From a virus: a stretch of DNA of 64,000 bases. The translations under genes and the position numbers were made by a program. How positions within the stretch are numbered: position 1 is the first letter of the stretch; each line of letters begins with the position of its first letter. Location of the stretch: the IMG/VR virus record IMGVR_UViG_3300017613_002557, positions 26,005 through 90,004 of that record. One strand, given 5' to 3'. Shown here one piece after another: positions 58,907 through 64,000 of this stretch. The notes under the pieces are model-generated. The model did not search any database, was not told where the DNA came from, and saw nothing but the letters and a program-made list of their open reading frames with translations.

Positions 58907-59505
58907 TATTTTGTATACCCCCGTCTTCTTCTGCCAGAAATCAAACTTTCTAACTCAGCATTAACCGGCGATTGAAAATCAACCTTGTAATCGCCACGAT
59001 GACGCAAGTAAGCACTGAGTCGTTTGAAAAAGTTATGTGCGGTAATACCGCGCACGAACCGTGTTCTCCACACGAGTTTCCCTTTCTTCGTGATTGTATT
59101 CCCAGTGCCTTCTTTTTCATATTTCCCTACAAACTCCATAAAGTCAGACTTAAGAGGCTCATGACCGTCAGTACCGACATCAAGAAAATGGATCACGTCT
59201 TGAACACGCACCAGATCCCCGGTCAGTGCATTTTTCTTCTGTTTTTGATCCTGTGTGACTGGCTCATTCCAGCGTGTATGCTGCCATATCACTCTGAATG
59301 TTTTTTTGTCAACAGAATATCCCCATCCTTCAAGCGTCGTGCGCGGCATAATGCTATCGAGAAACCGCGCACCAAGTTTTCCTAGTCGCTCTGCTTGCTG
59401 TTGTTTTCGTGCGGCAATAAGCGACTGAACATCTTTGAAACCTCTGCTCTTCTTTCTGGAAAGTTCAGCTACGCGCTGTTTTGTATATTCTGAGACAATG
59501 CCCAT
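58906..59505 (-). CDS. Basic virion morphogenesis protein (HK97 gp10-like)
   Basis: FLDVGTDGH...VRGITAHNFF; start probably 59505. Confidence 0.55.
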   Translation of the reverse strand: MGIVSEYTKQRVAELSRKKSRGFKDVQSLIAARKQQQAERLGKLGARFLDSIMPRTTLEGWGYSVDKKTFRVIWQHTRWNEPVTQDQKQKKNALTGDLVRVQDVIHFLDVGTDGHEPLKSDFMEFVGKYEKEGTGNTITKKGKLVWRTRFVRGITAHNFFKRLSAYLRHRGDYKVDFQSPVNAELESLISGRRRRGYTK

Positions 59506-59506
59506 A

Positions 59507-60073
59507 TTAAAGTGTGTGCATAACGCCCCACGGCATGAAGTGACTCTTACCATGTAGCTGTTCAGCAACAAGTCCTGAACTTTGCTGAAATCGTGCAGCA
59601 TGATCTTTTGGATATTGACAACGATTTAGTAATGACATGGTTTTTATGTTGCCGTTGTCTGTGAATTTTTTTATTTCGCGTGTGTATGGAATAGAAAATC
59701 TGGCAATGCCGGTATAGGTTACATGCTGAAATTCAATTGGTTGCTCGTACAGCGACACAACACGTGCAACCTTTGAAAGTGCTTGGTGTGTTGTGAGTAG
59801 ATGATAATGACGATCCAGTCCCCCTATAACACACGGAGCTTGACTGAGTTCACAGATTGATTGCTCTCCGATCGGCGTGTTTGCATTGAGTATAATTGCG
59901 CCAGTTCTGTTCGTAGCATAGTACAGACTCCCCTGTTTCATGACGTGTGGGAAGGCAGAGACAGCAATGGCGACTCCTGTCTCCACAGCAGCCGTTGTTA
60001 TGCCACGGATGCCTGAAGAAAGCGATTCTCTTCTGGTTGCTGCACCTCGTTTTCTATGTGCGCGGATTGCCAT
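59507..60073 (-). CDS. Hypothetical protein
   Basis: Within an operon. Confidence 0.5.
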   Translation of the reverse strand: MAIRAHRKRGAATRRESLSSGIRGITTAAVETGVAIAVSAFPHVMKQGSLYYATNRTGAIILNANTPIGEQSICELSQAPCVIGGLDRHYHLLTTHQALSKVARVVSLYEQPIEFQHVTYTGIARFSIPYTREIKKFTDNGNIKTMSLLNRCQYPKDHAARFQQSSGLVAEQLHGKSHFMPWGVMHTL

Positions 60074-60674
60074 TTTTGATTAAAGGTCTTGGAAAAGACT
60101 ATCGGGCATGTTGTCTTTTCCAGTCCTTTGACTTGAGGACCATAATACAAGACAGCGTCAGGGCGGATCCTATGAAGCATTTCATAAAACCCTTGCAAAA
60201 ACAACTGCATGAAACACGCATTTTTGCCCACACCAAGTGACGAAATTGCAACAGTTGATCCTACCTCAATTCCAAGAAAGCAAAAATCATAACTACGTTC
60301 ATTGCCCAGGACACTGTCGGAATTACGGGAATTTCATGGAATTGCCAAAATGCTCCGAAAAACCTGTTTCTGCGGACATTAAACAACTGATCCACTAACG
60401 GCCAATCCCACGGCGTTGAAAAATCCGGACTCAGCGCCCCTTTAAATCGTCTGATCCTTGTCAGTGCGTTAATCGGATCAGCCCACATCCCGGAAAAATG
60501 TTTGTCATCTATAAAAAAATGTGCAAAATGCGTTTTGCTGTCATCCGATGGCTGATGATATGGGCATAGCGTGATTTGTGTAATGTCAAATATCTGTTTT
60601 GCAATAACCGTAATGTCCCAAACCGGCTCCGTTGGGAGCATTACGATCTCATGGTTAAACGCATCTCGTCTCAT
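59998..60674 (-). pseudogene. DUF4417-like gene split by a 1-nt frameshift near 60305
   Basis: HFFIDD...LSPDFS...IPTVSW continues in another frame as NERSYDFCFLG...STVAISS...VLYYG. Confidence 0.75.
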
Positions 60675-62122
60675 ACATCAGATATGGCGAAATTGTGAAT
60701 TTTTTCGAGAGTGTAGTGTCGTCCGTGCTTGTTGTGTAGAGAAAACCTAAAAATGCCCTGGTGCAGTCTGTTGTAAATCGTGCTATATGGACGCAATGAC
60801 GACATAACTGCGTCTTTTACTTTTTCCTGTGTTCCGCCATTGTCTGGTTCGTGCTGATTGTCAGCACCCATGCCAACATTTACATTAATGTAACGCAAAG
60901 CTTCAGACGGATCCACTCCTAATTCAACAAGATTTTTGGCGACTTCTCCTTTTACAAGCTCATTCTCCCAATAGCGCACTGAGTCTTGATCGAGCGACAA
61001 AGATGTTGTCAGCACAGTAAACCCTCTAACAAGACCCTGCAGTGCAAGGTGCAGCCGTGTCCATTGTTCGATAGGTCCGGTTACGAGGTGCTGATAATGT
61101 ACCATCTCATTGAGAATCTTTTCATAGACAATTGATAGGAATGTGCTTTGCTCTCTGGTTGAGGCCCAGTCGTTTTGTAAAGACTGCGCCATACGTTGGC
61201 GTTCGTGTTCGAGCAACGGGAGTGTTTTAGAGAACTCAGCTCCAAAATTTGTAAATTTAAAATCAAGTTGCCCATAATGCGCGTAAATGCCCTGAGAAAG
61301 ACTTTTTCCGAGCATGGTTACGACACTTGAAAGAATGCTTCTAAGTCTGGTAGTGTAATCTGTGTCCTCTTCATTCTCACCTTGTTCTGGAGTCTCAATA
61401 GTGGCATCCATAATGCCAAGTAATCCAATTTTTTCCATAGCTCTATCAATACTATGAAGCATGTTCTTTTGGCGTCGTGCCTCTGATAGTCCTGCGATCA
61501 TTGGCGGCACAGGATACGGAGGATTCGGATCAGGCAACGGCTTAAAAACCTGTAGATGATACATTTTATCAGGCAACATGACAGGATCACGGACACCTTT
61601 TTGCTTCTGGAACGGAAGATACCCAAAGTATTTTTTAGAGTATTGCAATTCAAGGCTTCTTACATCGACCTGATGAATTCCGGCAATGCGTGTTGGAAAT
61701 GGCCCATCAAATCCAGGAAGTGTCTCAAATTCTGCCTCAGCCTCAGCCGACACTGCGCCGTCTGTAGCAAGTTGCGAAAGAAGCTGATTAATGACGCCGT
61801 TTATACCGCCAGTTCGAGCTCGCACATCAACAGTGAATTCGTTGAGAGATTCTTCTGCCATTCTTAGGTCATCTTTTGTTGGGCATACAAGTGAAAATGT
61901 ATGCCCTGTATTACACAACCGTATGATGTTTGACTTTACAGTTGCAAAGTCACTATGCAGTTCACTAAGCGCTCGAATTATCGGAAGAAGCCTTTTTATT
62001 GTAGGCCAAGAAACATGAGTTTCAGTAAACTCAGGAATATCAGAGACTCGATGATCTGGAATACCAGATGGCGCAAAAGACAAGGTGCGTGCCTGATTAT
62101 ATGTGTGGCGTTTCGTGTCCAT
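60671..62122 (-). CDS. Portal protein
   Basis: 483 aa; QLATDGAVSAE, PYPVPPMIAGL; first long gene of the structural operon. Confidence 0.72.
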   Translation of the reverse strand: MDTKRHTYNQARTLSFAPSGIPDHRVSDIPEFTETHVSWPTIKRLLPIIRALSELHSDFATVKSNIIRLCNTGHTFSLVCPTKDDLRMAEESLNEFTVDVRARTGGINGVINQLLSQLATDGAVSAEAEAEFETLPGFDGPFPTRIAGIHQVDVRSLELQYSKKYFGYLPFQKQKGVRDPVMLPDKMYHLQVFKPLPDPNPPYPVPPMIAGLSEARRQKNMLHSIDRAMEKIGLLGIMDATIETPEQGENEEDTDYTTRLRSILSSVVTMLGKSLSQGIYAHYGQLDFKFTNFGAEFSKTLPLLEHERQRMAQSLQNDWASTREQSTFLSIVYEKILNEMVHYQHLVTGPIEQWTRLHLALQGLVRGFTVLTTSLSLDQDSVRYWENELVKGEVAKNLVELGVDPSEALRYINVNVGMGADNQHEPDNGGTQEKVKDAVMSSLRPYSTIYNRLHQGIFRFSLHNKHGRHYTLEKIHNFAISDV

Positions 62123-62136
62123 ATAGCTCCTAATCT

Positions 62137-62589
62137 TTATTTACTGTTTTTGCGTGCAATAGGCTTTTTGCGTCGTTGTGTGGATGCCGACTTTGGTGTA
62201 TATTCTGGCTCTGCTTCTTTAACGTCCAATATACGCGGCGCATGTTTTTCTTTATAGGCGCCAATGTCTTTTTTACGCATAACCTCATAGCCATATTTTT
62301 CCTCGTGCGCTTCGACTTCTTCAAGCGTTCTGCCGCGTGACAAAAGCAGCCTAATGGCCTCATCAGCACTCAACGATTTCAAGTTTGGAGTGCGGAGTGT
62401 AAACTGCCGTTTTGTACGATCTGATATTCGTTTGGGACACGGTTTAATATACGAAATTGGCGTATCTGGGGCATCATTTTGGCCGACATGCGATACCAGA
62501 TTAAGGGATATGTGTTTTCCATTATCGTCAAAACTGTAAGTGCCTGCATAAAACTGCATATGTGGCAGGATATAGATGTATGCTTTCAT
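62137..62589 (-). CDS. Hypothetical basic protein
   Basis: AGGAG RBS. Confidence 0.65.
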   Translation of the reverse strand: MKAYIYILPHMQFYAGTYSFDDNGKHISLNLVSHVGQNDAPDTPISYIKPCPKRISDRTKRQFTLRTPNLKSLSADEAIRLLLSRGRTLEEVEAHEEKYGYEVMRKKDIGAYKEKHAPRILDVKEAEPEYTPKSASTQRRKKPIARKNSK

Positions 62590-62645
62590 GTTATGTCTCC
62601 TATTTGTTAAATTTGCTGCTGTAAGCCTGTATGTTCTGCAACATG

Positions 62646-62720
62646 ACTATACTATATGAAATCATGCATGTCAACTCTAGTAGTAAGCAAACTTGACATA
62701 TCTGTGTGTCTATATATCAT
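62646..62720. promoter_or_regulatory. Back-to-back divergent sigma70-type promoters
   Basis: Minus strand TTGACA(62674)-17-TATAGT; plus strand TTGACA(62693)-16-TATCAT. Confidence 0.65.
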
Positions 62721-62778
62721 ATTTGTATGGCAGTTTTTTATTTATCACTACTACGGGAATTCCAAGCCGAGGACTCTT

Positions 62779-64000
62779 ATGAGCCTAGTCTTTAATTTTG
62801 ACCCACAGTTAGGATCGTTTCGTGATCAGGTGAGTGGGACATTGCCGACTAACACGGATGTTTTAGGGAGACAAACCGTTAAAGGGATGGCGGCGTACTT
62901 TCCTATCGGGGCTGAACTTAATGCTTTTGGAGTCTTGTCTGGGCTAAAAACTATTGTGCTTTATATTGTCTCCACAACAAATACACCATTGCTTTTAGAC
63001 GATGGGGTGGCTATTTTATCCCTTAGCGCAGGGGATGTCAGTGGGTCAGGGCTCACAGAATGTTATGTGAATAACGAGGATACGGATGCAGTGGTGTTTT
63101 CACAATGGCAATGTATTATTGCCGAATTTAGTGCAGGGATAAGCTTTTCAACAGATTGTGAAATTGACCCTACAGCAGCATGTTGGGTAGCCTGTGTAAA
63201 AGGCTATGATGCTCTTTTATCTGATTCTGAGCGTGAGGAAGCCTGGCAGGAATTCCGAAAACGCACCGCAATTCATACGCCTATTGTTCTTAATAGACGG
63301 TCCTCTGATTTAATTTTCAATGAGCAATTGCAGAATATTCCTGCTGATTTTCGGACATATACGGCAGGTGAGTATGTTGGGAAATGGTATGTGGAATCTG
63401 GCTCTGTCCAACCGACCGAAACAGCAGCCGTGAAAAGTTTGGATTGTCTCTCGAATGCTGTGTTGAAGTATCGCGGGGTCAACCTTGGAGTGTTACTTGA
63501 AAATGGTTATCTCGCTACCGTCGAAGGAACTGGGATTTCAGGAGAACAAGGCAAAGCCGTTGAGGATAGTTCGATCATCACCTGGGCAAATAACATCATT
63601 ACGGTGAATCTTACTACAGGCCAGAGTTTAGAAAAGCTTGTGATCTCTAAAAATCCGACATTATATGCCGATTCGATTCTGTTTCAGTCAGATGAGGCGG
63701 AGGTAGATGTGAGTTTCGTTGCCACAGGATCGCCTGAAATTTTGTGGGAATGGGCGGACGGGCACATTGACTCTGGGGCTGACCCTGGGACACAAAACTT
63801 TAGGACAGATAAAACACGGGAACACTTGGTACACTGTGATGATTGGACAACAATTACACAATTTATTTTTAATAGCTCGGCTTTAAGCGGATCAATTCCG
63901 GCAGCACTGGGAAATTTATCAAGTCTGACACGTTTGTATTTGAACTCGAATGCTTTAAGTGGAGCGATTCCGGCAGTACTGGGAAATTTATCAAGTCTGA
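62779..64000 (+). CDS. Truncated large protein with a beta-rich (LamG-like) N-terminus and plant-specific-type LRRs; not in ORF track
   Basis: Manual translation from ATG 62779 (GAGG RBS) is open to the window end and finishes LSGSIPAALGNLSSLTRLYLNSNALSGAIPAVLGNLSSL. Confidence 0.85.
   Translation, partial: MSLVFNFDPQLGSFRDQVSGTLPTNTDVLGRQTVKGMAAYFPIGAELNAFGVLSGLKTIVLYIVSTTNTPLLLDDGVAILSLSAGDVSGSGLTECYVNNEDTDAVVFSQWQCIIAEFSAGISFSTDCEIDPTAACWVACVKGYDALLSDSEREEAWQEFRKRTAIHTPIVLNRRSSDLIFNEQLQNIPADFRTYTAGEYVGKWYVESGSVQPTETAAVKSLDCLSNAVLKYRGVNLGVLLENGYLATVEGTGISGEQGKAVEDSSIITWANNIITVNLTTGQSLEKLVISKNPTLYADSILFQSDEAEVDVSFVATGSPEILWEWADGHIDSGADPGTQNFRTDKTREHLVHCDDWTTITQFIFNSSALSGSIPAALGNLSSLTRLYLNSNALSGAIPAVLGNLSSL

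Larger units (their letters stand above)
1..64000. mobile_element. Large tailed dsDNA bacteriophage (or phage-plasmid/prophage) genome segment
   Basis: Terminase, portal, capsid and tape measure genes, many small hypothetical genes, no host housekeeping cluster, no visible att ends. Confidence 0.93.

Noticed and set aside
1-64000. Alternative genetic code (TGA or TAG recoding)
   Set aside because: Long genes are intact in code 11 and many end in TGA or TAG with coupled downstream starts; only one internal TGA was seen.
1-64000. Integron integrase, reverse transcriptase/DGR, tRNAs, cas genes
   Set aside because: I found no tyrosine-recombinase R-H-R-Y set, YxDD RT motif, TR/VR pair, cloverleaf or cas motif by eye; tRNAscan-SE and HMM searches would be decisive.

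Overview
The window is a 64-kb internal stretch of a large tailed dsDNA phage or phage-plasmid-like element, with no host housekeeping cluster or rRNA operon. Virion and packaging genes are a GpA-type terminase, portal, protease/scaffold, major capsid, TP901-type tape measure and tail-like proteins, and they are scattered over both strands. Replication and partition genes are a full-length DnaG, an HTH replication initiator with 61-bp internal repeats, a ParB-like protein and a UvrD-like helicase. It also encodes three DNA methyltransferases, RadC, a DarA_C-like protein, an ASCH protein, Dcd, a REC-HD-GYP phosphodiesterase and a lone IS607-type serine recombinase. Four observations stand out. 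(1) A self-contained ~210-nt RNA at 50830-51040 reproduces the 23S rRNA L11-binding/GTPase-associated centre (H43-H44) with a 118-nt insertion and its own closing stem. (2) An integron-like attC gene-cassette array at ~5.2-7.4 kb has no integrase in the window. (3) An array of parS-like 17-bp palindromes sits beside a sharp C-to-G strand-skew switch downstream of the Rep gene. (4) A truncated gene at the window end, missing from the ORF track, carries plant-type leucine-rich repeats. All family assignments come from motif recognition by eye; no database searches were run.
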